A stretch of 64,000 nucleotides of DNA from Atractiella rhizophila. Its lineage: Eukaryota. The translations under genes and the position numbers were made by a program. Under the pieces are notes generated by a model that saw only the letters and a program-made list of their open reading frames with translations, was not told the DNA's origin and ran no database searches. This document shows, one piece after another, positions 42,036 to 54,915 of this stretch (within the stretch, counting starts at the first letter, position 1; each line of letters begins with the position of its first letter). Location: contig MU271223.1 in the NCBI GenBank assembly GCA_021432655.1, positions 62,001 through 126,000 of the forward strand, read 5' to 3'.

Positions 42036-42272
42036 GTCAACTCGGCAGTCTTCTGCATCCAAATATTCAAAAGCTATTGCAATCTTTCTCAAAAATGTGT
42101 TGGCATTTGCCAATGAAGAATTGATGAAGCAGTCGCGGCTACAGCAGTGTCTCCACTGGAATGCGCCATCGGCTAAACTTCGTCGCGATGATATCTGCGA
42201 TGATTTAAAGCGCGATCTCCTCACCATTAAGCTCCCGCCGAACCACCAACAAAGAAGGTGTTACCAACAAAG

Positions 42273-43347
42273 ATGGTAGCAAAGATCCCCAGCCCAGATG
42301 CCGTCATCCCATACAAGCAATCACCTATCGAAATGAACATTGAGGTGTATCTCCCCAAAGGAGTCAGTGGAAGCAGTGTGGGAGGAGTAGTATGGTTTTG
42401 CGGAGGAGGTATGATGGATATGACAACCCAGAGAGCAGATGTTAACCTTTAGCTTTATGCGCAGGATTCATTTCAGGGACAGTGGACGATCTTGCGCCTG
42501 TAGAACACCATTTTATCACCGGAGCAGGCTACGCCGTCTTAGGCATCGAGTATCGGAAGGCACCGCAAGCAAAGTTGTCCGAGATAATCGAAGACGCCGT
42601 GGACTCGTACAACTTCGTAAAATCAGGGAAACTGAACGCGGCTCTAGCTGGGAAAGCTGAGATCGACTTGGATAAACTAGTCGTGTCAGGTAGGCAGCTC
42701 TGTCTTGCTCGTCTCCATCAAGCTCAACTTGGAATGGCATAGGTTCAAGCGCAGGTGGATACCTCGCTCTTTCACTCCTTCCCAACATCTCAGCGCCGTT
42801 GCCTCGCGTCGGATTGATATATCCATTGTCCAAAGTTTACTCTCCGAATGCTGGACAGCGCGTTTCCTTCCCCACCAACTTCCCTGAGCCTCCAGCATCA
42901 GAGATTGATCCGAATGGACCAGTCACCTGCCGTTCGCAAGGCACCATCGACTTTGGGACGTTTACTGCAACGGGAAGAAAAGCTGTGACCATGTGGGCAG
43001 TTCAAGAAGGGAAAAGTCCCGAATTCCTGTTCGGGTCTGGGAAGGAAGAACAACAGAAAAGGGCAAAAGCTTCCGATACCAAGTTAGATGACTTCTTCGC
43101 CAGCTCGGAGACTGGGAAGATTGCAAAGTTTGGAGTTATACACGGCGAGGCCGATTCAATGGTGCCGTTTTCGGGAGCAGTCGAATTAGTCGAGAAAGCT
43201 TTATTGGACGGAAAGGCGGAGAAGGCAAAACTTTTCAATATTCCAGGTGTCAATCATGGCTTTGATGAGTTATTATTAGACGAAAAGGAATGGCATGGAG
43301 AGGTGGGACAAAGACTGAGCGAGGCGTGGAAATATATCTTGAATTAG
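42273..43347 (+). CDS. Alpha/beta-hydrolase (esterase/lipase-like)
   Basis: WFCGGG oxyanion loop, EYRKAP, spliced G-S-S-AGG nucleophile motif, IHGEADSMVP, HGFD. Confidence 0.85.
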
Positions 43348-43392
43348 ATGATAGCAAAGAAGCAGACAGCAATCATTTGAGATCGTGACAAA

Positions 43393-44641
43393 TTATTTCG
43401 TACAGTAGCGTTCAAGTTCCTCGAGTCGCATGCGCATCCCAGAAACTCCTTTTTCTAACGCACCAATATCCCCGGCAGCCTTGATCTTAAGCAGTTCGAT
43501 TTCTAATCGCAAAACCGCATCAGTGTAAGCCTGTTTACTGAGTGGTTCCATGCCCAAGTCTGCTGGGATGTTGACTCTCCCCAAATCAGATGACGGCCCA
43601 CCCTGCTTTTCAGACAATGCATTGACCTGCGCCAAACCAGGATTGCGACCAAGATTCAATACTCGTAAAGCTTCAACCCGTTGCCGATACTCCTCCGTCT
43701 TTCCAAACGTCGCTAGCGCCTCGACTCTCATCCTATCTTTCAACATTTGCCTAAAGCTTTTACCTTCTGCTTCGTCCTCGCCAAAATATTCCAAACATCT
43801 TCCGCACGGTTTGCCAGAGGCCAACGCTGCGTTGCAGTAAGCGACGAAACCCTGAAACATTGCTCGATTACTACGAATCTTGTACTTTCGCTTTTGGAGG
43901 TCTTCCGGAGAGGTGGAGCGAATAAAGGCGTGGTAGCAAAATAAAGGCGACGTAGAGATCCAGGAGAAAAGAGAGTCCTGAGTTGTGAAAGGTGGAACTA
44001 GAGATGGTCCAGGAACGGACGGAAGTTGCATGAAGGTCAAGATCTCCCGAGGAGACGTCGTGAGCATCAACGCAGGCGACTGGGGTATTTTGATCTAACA
44101 AAATTAGAAACAACGTCAGCCAAGAGCCCTGCCATGAGAGGGAGCAAGTGGAGCCAACCCTAAGACCTTTAAGACCCACAGAAAACCCCAGGGAAGCACC
44201 AAAGCTTCCAAGTATCATCGCAAAATCACCGTAGCTGGCCCAAAAGACCTCACCCTCAAAATCCGACTCCGAAGAAACGTGAACATCAACTTGATAGAAT
44301 TCCTCCAGACTTCCTAGCGGTACGGCGAAGTTGCTAGTCGGTTTGCCCACCACAAACGCAGTCGCTCCCAACTTCTGACCAACAAAGTCCTCCTTCACTT
44401 TCCGCACTACAGACCCGTAAGAATTCACCTCCACGTCGACCGTAGGCACACTGTGGTCATCGAGCGGTGCGGAAACGATGAAGTCCAAATCGCCGTGGGA
44501 ATCCTTTTCTGGGGCTTCAGGTGGAAGAGCAACCTTCTGATAGAATGATCGAAGAATAGGTGCAACTTGAGAAGTCAAAAGTTGATACTCTTGTGGTGAC
44601 AGTCGAGGTGTTGACAAAAGTGGGAAAGCCCTGCCTCCCAT
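43393..44641 (-). CDS. Pol-beta-superfamily nucleotidyltransferase-like protein (MGG.AF...HGD.D family), one intron
   Basis: MGGRAF, PEKDSHGDLDFIV, FYQVDV (third acidic residue), YGDFAMILG, LTTSPREIL.F, FTTQDSLFSWI; an intron near 44097-44160 joins GLR-IKIPQ. Confidence 0.65.
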
Positions 44642-45543
44642 ACCGACGCAAGCCCTGAAGCTGGATAGGACGATGAGAAAGCCTGGACCAACTTAACCAA
44701 GTCACGTCAAATCAGCTTGACTCCTTTTTCTGTAAGTCAGAGTCACAAATATGCACTGAGCCATTGTGAACATGCTAAAGGTTAAATGGACAAAGTTTGG
44801 TTCATAAACACTGCTTTCTTTGTCAAGCAGACAGTCCAAGGTCAGGTTGCCTGCGATGCCTCATTTCTTCTACCTCTATTGACCTCTACAAGCTTTCTAT
44901 TCTGCGACACATGGGGAGAATATTTGGTAGTGTAGCGCGGACGGTCCTTTGGCAAGGAGCAGAATCAGAGTTTATCGAAGGCATGCTTTGTCCTTCGACG
45001 AGAAAAGCTCTCGCAACGGAGTTGAAGTCATAGGAGACACTTTTTTTCCTACCCAGCAGGTGTCCCCCGCACTAGATGCACCTTAGTGTGAGCCATGGCC
45101 TTCAATATTCAGCCCACCATTCAACTCCCATGCAAATCACCCACTCACGGAGATGAGTTGCCGCAGTCAAGTAGAATTGAACGGAAAAGAATGGCAAGAA
45201 TAGGATAGGAACCAGAGGCTGGAGAAACGAGTGGATACAGGTACAAGATCACCGCTCCCTCTTCATATCCAGGAATTCTTGAACTTCTTTGGCAGATCAG
45301 CTGTGTAATACTCTAGCAGTTGATGACCCCTGCCCAGCTATGGCTTTGTTGAGGGATTCCGAATGAGTTCCGTAGTGAAGAACGGTGGGGGTCAGGCATT
45401 ACGGTGAAGGTTGATTGCTTCAAGCAACCCCAGTATTCACTTGCTCTGCCTGCTAATGTTGACCTTGCGACTTTCCCACGCTTAGTCGCCTCTTATAAGG
45501 CCTTCGGGATGCTTTTTGCTTTCATTATTGGATCACAGTAAGC

Positions 45544-46351
45544 ATGGAATTTGTAAAGGATCCAAGTGGAGCAAAGGTCGAATTAACGATAGAAAAGGCA
45601 AAAGAAGGCAAGCAAGCTTTCAGTCTTAATTCCAGTTCCAGGACATATCTTGATCCTCTTTTTTCTAGCCTTGGACCTTCTGTCCAATCATTTGCAAAAG
45701 AATACGTCTTATGGACAGAAAAGACGAGATTTCTTCGTTGTGGGAGGGTTCGTAGCAATCAAAATTTCTGGGAACCGGCAGGCGACGAAGGACATCGATT
45801 TCTTCGTCGGCTGTGCGGAAGATGCGTCAGTTGCACACCATCTCACCGACAGCAATTTCGATATCAGTCAGAAGCTTGGTATAGATGTCGCTTGGCTCAA
45901 CTCTGGCTCAAAGGTACACGTGTTGAAATCAAGAGACAAGGTCGTCGAGCGGACCAAGGCTCAGCTGGTCGAATTGCCAGAGCTTGTTCTTTACGAATCG
46001 TCCATGTTCAGGTTGATAGCAGCCGACTTCGCATTTCAAATGATCATGAAAATCGATCGCCTCAACTCCGATAGCAAATCTTTACGAACTGCGAAGGATA
46101 TGGATGACCTTATCCACTTTGCGAACCGCGTCAACACGCTTAGAAAGGGGAAAGGAGAGCCGATAATCTCATACCAAGACCTAGTGACTCTTTATCCCCA
46201 GGAGTTGCAGAAATTAGAGAAACAGACGCTCATCAGCATCAACAACGCTTCGATGCTCAAGTTCAACTGCGATGCCATTTCCCTTGCTGGTTTTGAGGAG
46301 AAGAATACCCCCGGTTCAGGCACAACTATCCAGGAGGAGGATGAAGAATAG
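45544..46351 (+). CDS. AbiEii/MenT-like nucleotidyltransferase-fold protein, copy 1 (two exons, GC-AG intron 45608-45668)
   Basis: VVGG...GNRQATKDIDFF, WLN, MKIDR...RTAKDMDDL; exon 1 MEFVKDPSGAKVELTIEKAKE joins in frame to ALDLL; TATAAG near 45494. Confidence 0.65.
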
Positions 46352-47318
46352 TGCTTGTGGCTTTATCTGCATATTTCCTTGGTCACGACAGCTTCCGATT
46401 CTGATATTGTTAGCACGCAATGTATTAACGAAATATGTGGTTAAGTGAATGAATTTGTACCGACATATTCTGACATATCGAACATAATCTTTGTTCTAGC
46501 CTTGGACCTTCTGTCCAATCATTTGCAAAAGAATACGTCTTATGGACAGAAAAGACGAGATTTCTTCGTTGTGGGAGGGTTCGTAGCAATCAAAATTTCT
46601 GGGAACCGGCAGGCGACGAAGGACATCGATTTCTTCGTCGGCTGTGCGGAAGATGCGTCAGTTGCACACCATCTCACCGACAGCAATTTCGATATCAGTC
46701 AGAAGCTTGGTATAGATGTCGCTTGGCTCAACTCTGGCTCAAAGGTACACGTGTTGAAATCAAGAGACAAGGTCGTCGAGCGGACCAAGGCTCAGCTGGT
46801 CGAATTGCCAGAGCTTGTTCTTTACGAATCGTCCATGTTCAGGTTGATAGCAGCCGACTTCGCATTTCAAATGATCATGAAAATCGATCGCCTCAACTCC
46901 GATAGCAAATCTTTACGAACTGCGAAGGATATGGATGACCTTATCCACTTTGCGAACCGCGTCAACACGCTTAGAAAGGGGAAAGGAGAGCCGATAATCT
47001 CATACCAAGACCTAGTGACTCTTTATCCCCAGGAGTTGCAGAAATTAGAGAAACAGACGCTCATCAGCATCAACAACGCTTCGATGCTCAAGTTCAACTG
47101 CGATGCCATTTCCCTTGCTGGTTTTGAGGAGAAGAATACCCCCGGTTCAGGCACAACTATCCAGGAGGAGGATGAAGAATAGTGCTTGTGGCTTTATCTG
47201 CATATTTCCTTGGTCACGACAGCTTCCGATTCTGATATTGTTAGCACGCAATGTATTAACGAAATATGTGGTTAAGTGAATGAATTTGTACCGACATATT
47301 CTGACATATCGAACATAA
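45663..47318. repeat. Tandem direct duplication, period 831 bp (45663-46487 and 46494-47318)
   Basis: No differences seen by eye; junction AACATAA-TCTTTG-TTCTAG. Confidence 0.95.
46494..47182 (+). pseudogene. Second copy of the NTase exon 2, lacking promoter and exon 1
   Basis: Apparently identical to 45663-46351; begins at the intron acceptor TTCTAG. Confidence 0.7.
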
Positions 47319-47944
47319 GGATGGGGATTATGAATCTGATCCTGTAGATCGAGAACAACAATATTCTGTCAAATTCTAAATATGTCTCAAAATATGCGAG
47401 CCAGGTCCACTTGGAGCAAATGAAGCACCATTATCGACACCTATAATAGAAGAACTGAGAGAACAAGCAACGCATTGGAATCAAATACGACTTCTCAAGC
47501 CAAAAGGGAGAAGGAAAACAGTCTGCCCCACGAAGTCTTCTCCATAGCCATAGCCAGACATCCCTGGAGAGGCCAGAAACTGCAATCAAGCAGACCAAAG
47601 AAGCACCCGAGTATTGAGAGCCTACTACAGGGAGCATTTTCTCTAAGACAGCTCTAGCGTTTTAACACCGTCTGGGTTAATGAAAACAATGCAGAAAGTA
47701 AGGTCATTCCTCAGGACGTTGGAGAAGAAGAAAACAACAGCTTGTTCAAGCAAAGTTAACAGGACGAACCTCTATAAACCAATAAACTTGGTGCGTAAGC
47801 CAAAAGAGACAAAGTCTGGCCTATTTCCGGGAGGAGCTTTCCAAATGTTTGTTTCGGACCCGGGTAATGAAATGTCTTTGTTTGCTTGATGTAGATAAGG
47901 TTACATTACAATCTTTCTTTCACTACGTCTATATTTTCTGCAGA

Positions 47945-50900
47945 ATGCCGCCGAAGAAAAGAGGAGCACGACGTTCATCCACCAAGACAGCAAACGAATC
48001 CTTAGAAGACGTGTCAATGGCGGATGTCCCTGTCGCTTCCACTTCCACCGCACCAACTCCAACGCTCATGAGTTCGTCCACGCTCACACAGGCTACCTTT
48101 AGCCTTATCCCTGGACTTTCCTCCACTCCTTCCTTCAACATCGCTGATACAACATATCACAAAATTCTCCCGTCGTTGCGGGACACTCTTCCTACACTGC
48201 TGGAATTAGCAAGGGCAGGGGAGGGGAGGAAGCTGAAGGAAAGTGTGGAGGCATGGGGCGATGAATTTGGATGGGAAGTAGAGGTTGATCTGGACGACAT
48301 TTTCATAGAGGATGAGGTGAAGGAAAGGGAGCTAGAACGGCGGAAGAGGAGGGAGGAAGAGAGTGCAAAGGCGAAGGAGAGGAGATTGAGAAGAATGGAG
48401 GCGCTCAGAATGTTAGTAGAACAAGAATTAATGGCTTGGATATTAGCCATGGTACGTAGCATTCCTTCCTTTACTGGGTATCGAACAAAATGGTTTGAGT
48501 AGGCCAAGAATTCAGAAACCCCGCCGGACGTGCACCACGCCCTCGATGTAGTAGTCGCGTTTCGCGACTCCTCCATGACCGAGTTATCCTTCCTCATTCT
48601 CGCAATCGAACACATCTTCGAAAACTCGTCGGTCTCGACGGTCTCCTTCCTCTTTTCTTGGCTGGAGACGCACACTGCAGACGTTACCAAAGGGTTCCGA
48701 CCATTCAAAGCACCAGGCATATTCCTCCTCCGTTTGCTCAACGAACTATTACGAAGAGTCAGCAGGACGAGGGACACAGAGTTCAGCTCACGCATCTTGC
48801 TTTATTTAAGCAAAGCCTTCCCACTAAATGATCGGAGCGGATTGAACGTTGGCGGGAAGTCGAATACGGAAAATACAACGGAGTTTGAAAGGATGGAATT
48901 GGCGGCGGATAAGGAGGAAGGAACGGCTGAGAGGGATGTGGAGATGAAAGCTGAAGATGAGAAAATGACAAGCGAGAAGGTTACCAAAGCTGGAGAGTCG
49001 GACCGAGACAAGCCTGCGACGAAGGAGGAAGGAGAAGATGAGGGGGAGAAAGGAGCGCCGGACATTGTTATTGTCGAGCCTCCCGTCGAACCATCATCTG
49101 AAGCAACCACGCCTCCGATACGTGCCAAAGCAGCGACTACACCACCCCCACCTTCAAAAGCCGCCACCCCATCCGCAACAGCCAAATCAACAACCCCTTC
49201 TACTCCCAAGCCCGAAGAAGACTCCTACACGCGTTTTTGGACGCTTCAGACCTACTTTTGCGATACTAAACGACTAATAGGGAGACTTGGGACGAGTGGA
49301 GATGACAAGGAAAACAAGAGCTACATCGTGTCACTTTCGACGGAGTCGAATATCCAAGTCGTAAAACCGCTCATCACTCACGTCATTGAACTGTTTAGGG
49401 TTGCCAATAGGAAAGATAAGGAGTTGAGAGGGGAGGAGGAGAAGGAGAAGGAGAAGGAGAGAGATAAGAAAGAGAAGAAGATTGGGACTGCCACCAGTTC
49501 CATGACTGTTCCTGCCGGGAGGAAAAGAGAAGGAGAAGGGATCGGCTTCTTCGCTCCTAAGTTCTTGACATCAAGAAGCCTATTCGAACTGCAGGTTCGT
49601 CTCTCCCCTATCTCCCGCCATGTCTTGGTTCATGGTTAACTGCTGCGATGTGCTCAGGTCGCGGACGTTTACTTCCGTCGTCAAATCCTCGTCCAAATAC
49701 TCATAATGGTGCAATACCTACGCGGTCTTGTCAAAGCTGAACACGACAAATGGGAGAGTGTACCCGTCCCTAACAAACAAGTGATGCCAAGCTTAGTCCT
49801 AGAAGAAGTAGACGACAGTTTCTTCAGCGTGGTGCAGAAGAATGCACTTCGGGAAATCATGGACTCAGGACCCCCAGGTGAAGGCTTCGCGTTTGTGGAA
49901 ACCGTGCGTGTAGTTTTGGCGAGGGAGAAGAACTGGACAGCGTGGAAGGCTGGAAATTGTTGGGATTACGAGAAAGAGTTGGCCGAGAAGGAGAAGGAGG
50001 AAATGGATAAGAAGGCAGCCGACCTGAAGCGGCGGCTAGCGCAACGGCCTCGTCCCCTGAAGTTGAGGTTTGGAGAGATGGTCTTCCGTCAGCCAGGGGT
50101 AGGGACAAGCGATATTAAGATGGAGGAAGAGGATACGGTTAAAAAGCAGTATGTTCTTCTTCCCTTCGCGAGAAGGAGGGCTGAAATGATGACCAATGAT
50201 TAGGCTGTACGATTTCAAACGACAGTTGGATGCGATTGATGAACGGACCGGATATCGAGACATTCCAGCAAAATTGGCGGAGATCAAAGAGAAGCAGAAG
50301 AAGATTACAGCTGAGAAACTGGAGAAGGAGAAAAAGGCAGCAGTTTTGACGCCACCAAAGGAAAGTGAGAAGGAGAAAGAGAAGGTGGCACCAGAGACGG
50401 CGAAGTCGAACGAGGAGACCATCAATACTCTCAAAAACAATATCACGAGCCTCAACGAGGAATCCAAGAAGCTTGAAGCGCGAAAGAGGGAGATTGAGGA
50501 TGTTCGTTTCTTTCATCCAATCTTATCCGCGCAGAGGATTTGCTTGACTTTGAAATTGTTTAGGAAAAGTCATCTATAACCTGGCGTGCTTTCCGACTTG
50601 CCTCCTCCACCTATCTGCGTCTGTTCTCGTCCGCAGTGAAGGAAGGCACTGGCGCAGATCTCGATTTGCTCATTAAAGCGATTGAGGCGAAAAAGAAGGC
50701 TCCTTCCAGCGCCAGTGTAGCTCAAGGTGTCGCCGCCCCAACAGAGGACAGGAGGTCGGTCACGCCACCCGTGTCCAATCAAGAGGACAAAGATGTGGAA
50801 ATGACATCGGCAGAAAAGGCAAAATCGGATACCGAAGAGCTGGATTTGGTGGAGATAGCACCTCCGCCAACGGACAGTGAGATGATGATCAAGAAGGAGC

Positions 50901-51061
50901 CAACTGTTGGGGAGAAGAGGGCGAGAGAGGAAGAGGAGGAAGAGAGACCAAATGCAGATGGGGAAACCCTGCTGAAGAAGCCCAAAATAGAGGCCGACCT
51001 CACAAACACGGATGAGCCCAGGAAGGAGGAACCTCCTGTGATTGTAGAGGTTGTTGATTAG
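47945..51061 (+). CDS. THOC1: THO complex subunit 1 (THOC1/Hpr1)
   Basis: LLRLLNELLRRVSR..DTEFSSRILLYLSKAFPLNDRSGLN..G..N..N.T, YTRFWTLQTYF, FAPKFLTSRSLFELQ..D..FRRQIL, REKNWTAWKA..C. Confidence 0.92.
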
Positions 51062-51239
51062 CCACTGTATCTTTATTTGTGTAAACAGCTTCGTTTTTCA
51101 CCATCGAACGCAGTTAAAGCTTCGCCCACGTGACAGAAATGGACGCGTTTTCCAGATCAGTTAAGTTACGCAACGACCAACCTAGCCTTTTCTGTCAGAA
51201 CATACTGTCAATATAGGATTTCCCAATCTCAAAGCTTCC

Positions 51240-54200
51240 ATGAGGTCTGTCGTCCACGATCTTTCCAAGCACACGAGAGCCATCGGCGAGGAAGCGAAGA
51301 AGGAGAAGCGACAAGAAATTTTGCAAAACTTGCACCATGTTGCAAGTGATCTGGCCAAAGTTGAGACCGGTAAACTAGTGAGTTTCCACAAATTTACACA
51401 TTATATTGTTTCGATGAATCCATCTAAGCGTACTGAAGACGGCAGCGTCTGCGATTTCCCTGCTTAAGCCGCTATATCAATCTTGTCCCGACATCTCCTT
51501 TTCCATTCTTTCCTCTCTGCTCAACATCGTGTTGAGAGGTACGGATGACGCGTGTCTGGAATTTATGGAGGCCAATCTTGGAGAAAGTGAGTGTGCAGAT
51601 GTCTGGAAGGGATTGAATGATGTCTTGGTGCGCTACTTTCGCTTTGAAGATGATATGTTGAGAGTGGTTTGCGCAAAGGAAATAACAATGCATGCGGGGA
51701 AAGAGGCGAAAACATGTTGGTTACAGCCTCCTTCTGTTGTTGCGCTTAATAATATGCTGTACAGATTATGGCAAGGTTGCAAAATATATGTACCCAGTTC
51801 TCTGTGATATGGTGGAGCCAGTGCAGCGAGGCATGGACATGCTTCCTTGGATAAAACGAAAGGTCCCATTTGTTGTTCTACTGCAATTCTTTTGCGCTGA
51901 ATTGCGGATCCCAGGCCCTTTCCATCATTTGGCACTCAGTTTCCGGTCACGCAGAGAACAAGAGGAAACTTACAAACAACCAGCTGTTGGGAGCGTAAGT
52001 ACCTTTCTATCTGATCTGATGCAGACTCACACATGGAATAGGAAACGACTAGGCTCGATCATCTTTGCCGGTCAAGGTGTATTCTTTCAAAAATCGCTGA
52101 ACTCTCACGCTAACTCAGGATTGGAGATTTGTCCACAACACAGTTGACTCTGGAGCTAGCTTTTCGCCTCAAAGATGTCCTCCCTACTGCAAGGGTTGAG
52201 ACATTCTGTATACCTCTCTTTGCGGAGTTCGGAAAAGGTCCAGCCGATACTCTCAAGCGTCGTTTCAACAATACTCACTCAAGGGACTTTTACGATGTGC
52301 GCCAGTTCCCAATGTCAGCGACCCTCACTTTCGAGTAAATAGGTTGAAGATTTAATTTTGGACGAAATCTCCCACCTTGATATTTCCAGGTTGTTTTCTT
52401 TCTTGTGCTCTGAAAGGGTGTTTATGGTTAATATGCAGATTTCAACGATTTCCTCTAGAAAGACTAACACTTTTGCCTTCAAAGTCCTTCCACGACATTG
52501 TTGGACTTCAACTGTCTGTCAACTCTCATTCATTCTCTGTACAAGTTACGACGGAAGAAGATAATGGGATAGATGGATTGCTTGAGTGGGAGTTCGTCAA
52601 TATCAAATCTCTTGACATTGTTCATGGCCTGGCAACTCTTCTCCATCTCCACAGCAACATCTTACATTTAAACAGGGGAAGATAATATCAATCTAACATT
52701 CAATCTCTACTCTTTGCCCACGCTAGACGACAGAGAAACTGTATATCCAGAGGGGAAGATGAGATCAGACATATTGAACGGGAAGGAGCAGACAAGCTAC
52801 TCGATTCATGCTGTTGTTGTTGGTGTGGAGGCGAAGAACCTTTTGATGGTTCTTCAGGCGAGAGGACAGGTTGGCTATCACTTCACAGTCACAAAGCCTG
52901 CGCTAAAAATTATGACTAGAAATACCAAATAAAACATGTTGGGAGTACCCAGCGATCTGCACTCGCCAGGCTACATGCCACCACCCCTGCCCCTTCAATC
53001 GCAACTGTACCGGACGGAACAGATATGGTAAAAACTCTCTTCTCATCTGTGTCTAGACCCCTCGCTGATTCACTTTAGAACGAACGATGGAGCACAAGTA
53101 GCTTGCATGTCGAGGAAGGCAATCAACCAGCGTTGAGTATCTAGGTACAATTATCCCGGATAGTCAGCTTGGCCATTTCGAAGATTTTTCTCCCGTTCCC
53201 GCTACACAAGCTGGTCAGTTGCAAAGGTCCAAGGGGAGGCAAAACATGGCAGACGAACAAGAGTTAAATCTTGTCGTTTCTTCTGCGATGGCTGCCGAAG
53301 TATCATTTCCTGCCACGATTTCCCCACAAACACGTCTAAAACGACCCTTTTCTCAAGTCGATAAAGAGGCCACGGATACAGGCAGAGCCACTTCCTCGTC
53401 CATACCACCATTGAAGAAGGCGAGAATCCCGTCTCCTTCAAGACAGCAAACCTACAGTGCTACAAGGCCGGATTTTATTGCACTAGAAGGTGCAGTCAAC
53501 ACTCCTAGCCACAAAGTGGTTATTGCTGTGCATTCTCTCATTCGTTAACTAGCGCTTTCTCTTGATGGCCAGTCAACGCTCAGCAGTGTCAAGAGTATCA
53601 CAGAACAATACCACGGAAAGATGCATAGTATTAGGCAAGGTATAGGGTCTGAACTATCATCTCCTTCGCCTTCTCCCTCGCCGTCTTCGTCTCCATCTTC
53701 TTTGCTGCTTCCCAAGAAACCTCTCCGCAAGAATAATGTTATCCGATCTCAGACACAAGAGCCACCACACACGCCAGCGTTTCCGCGGTCGAGTCTGCAT
53801 CCGTCAACAGAACTTTGTCCACCCCGCGAAGGGTCCCATCGTCTTGCTCAAATAGAAGACAGAGAAGACCACGCTTCTGTGTTTCAAAATTCGAGTGGCC
53901 AGGACGAATCTCGAGTTGTAAACCTGGACGAACCCAGCTCCAAGAACAGCTTGATGAACACGCATCAAGACAGAGTTCCCGGGGTCCTGTAGTAACTCCT
54001 CCTAGGGATCGCCAAGTACAACAACTTCCCTTGAATGATCTTACTAGGACTGTCGTTGCGACAACGCCTATCTCCTCCATGACACCGACGCATGGGCAAG
54101 TGGACGCAAACGGGGGACTTGGAGCTCAGGATGTCTATCAGTACGCGATGGATGTGGACAAAGAGGATGGCATGATTGAAGGTCGAGGACATGATATGGA

Positions 54201-54911
54201 CGCGCCGACTCTTGCCGAGATGAAACAAGTGAAATTTAGTAGGACAATTTACCAACCGAGGAGAGAAGAAAGCGTCAGTGCTAATGAAGCTCGAAGGCAA
54301 TTGGTGGGTAGTCATATACTATTTGTTGTATCGGCTGAGGCTTCGATTTTAGGGTAGAGTGATCCTAGCGAGTGAGCGGACTAGGCGTGTAGTAACTCAA
54401 CATCGTGAGACTGTGGTAGGTCTGAATCAGCTCTGTTTATGGGGATGCTGATTATCATATTTTGTTAACCAATTAGCCGCGGTCATCTGTGAATCCTCTA
54501 CCACTTGCAGAATGTTTGGAATCTGCCAGAGTGCGGGCAGAAATCTCTGAAGAAGAGGACGGATGGCACAAAAAGAGGTCTGTTCTGCTTTCATGTTTAT
54601 CAAGTGTTGCGGGACATCTCCAATAACTCGCATAGCAGTGTGGTGACCGAGAGCCTGAGATTACTTTCCAACCTCGCCCTACATTTCGCAGCGGTACTCT
54701 TACTTCTGTTGCTGTCACACGCCGCTTTCCGTCACAAGAAACGACTGGACACTTGGGACAATTAGCAGCCGCTCTCTCCGTTGCGAGTGAATTCACTATC
54801 GGACGGCTAGCTTCCAAGATGGAGATGGTAGAAGCGCGAGTTAAGCAGTCGAGGACGAGATTGTGTGCTGGCGTTGTCAATGCACTGAAGTCCGTGGAGG
54901 AGCAGACGTAG
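51240..54911 (+). CDS. Large multi-exon hypothetical protein; tentatively a SYCP2/Red1-like meiotic axis protein
   Basis: Helical N-terminus (LELAFRL...FCIPLF...RFNNTHSRDFYD), beta-rich middle, long Ser/Pro-rich disordered region, C-terminal helical segment; family call is by architecture only. Confidence 0.45.
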
Positions 54912-54915
54912 GTCG

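Noticed and set aside
45409..45429. Small inverted repeat GGTTGATTGCTTCAAGCAACC upstream of the NTase gene
   Set aside because: Short and imperfect; could arise by chance, so no function is claimed.
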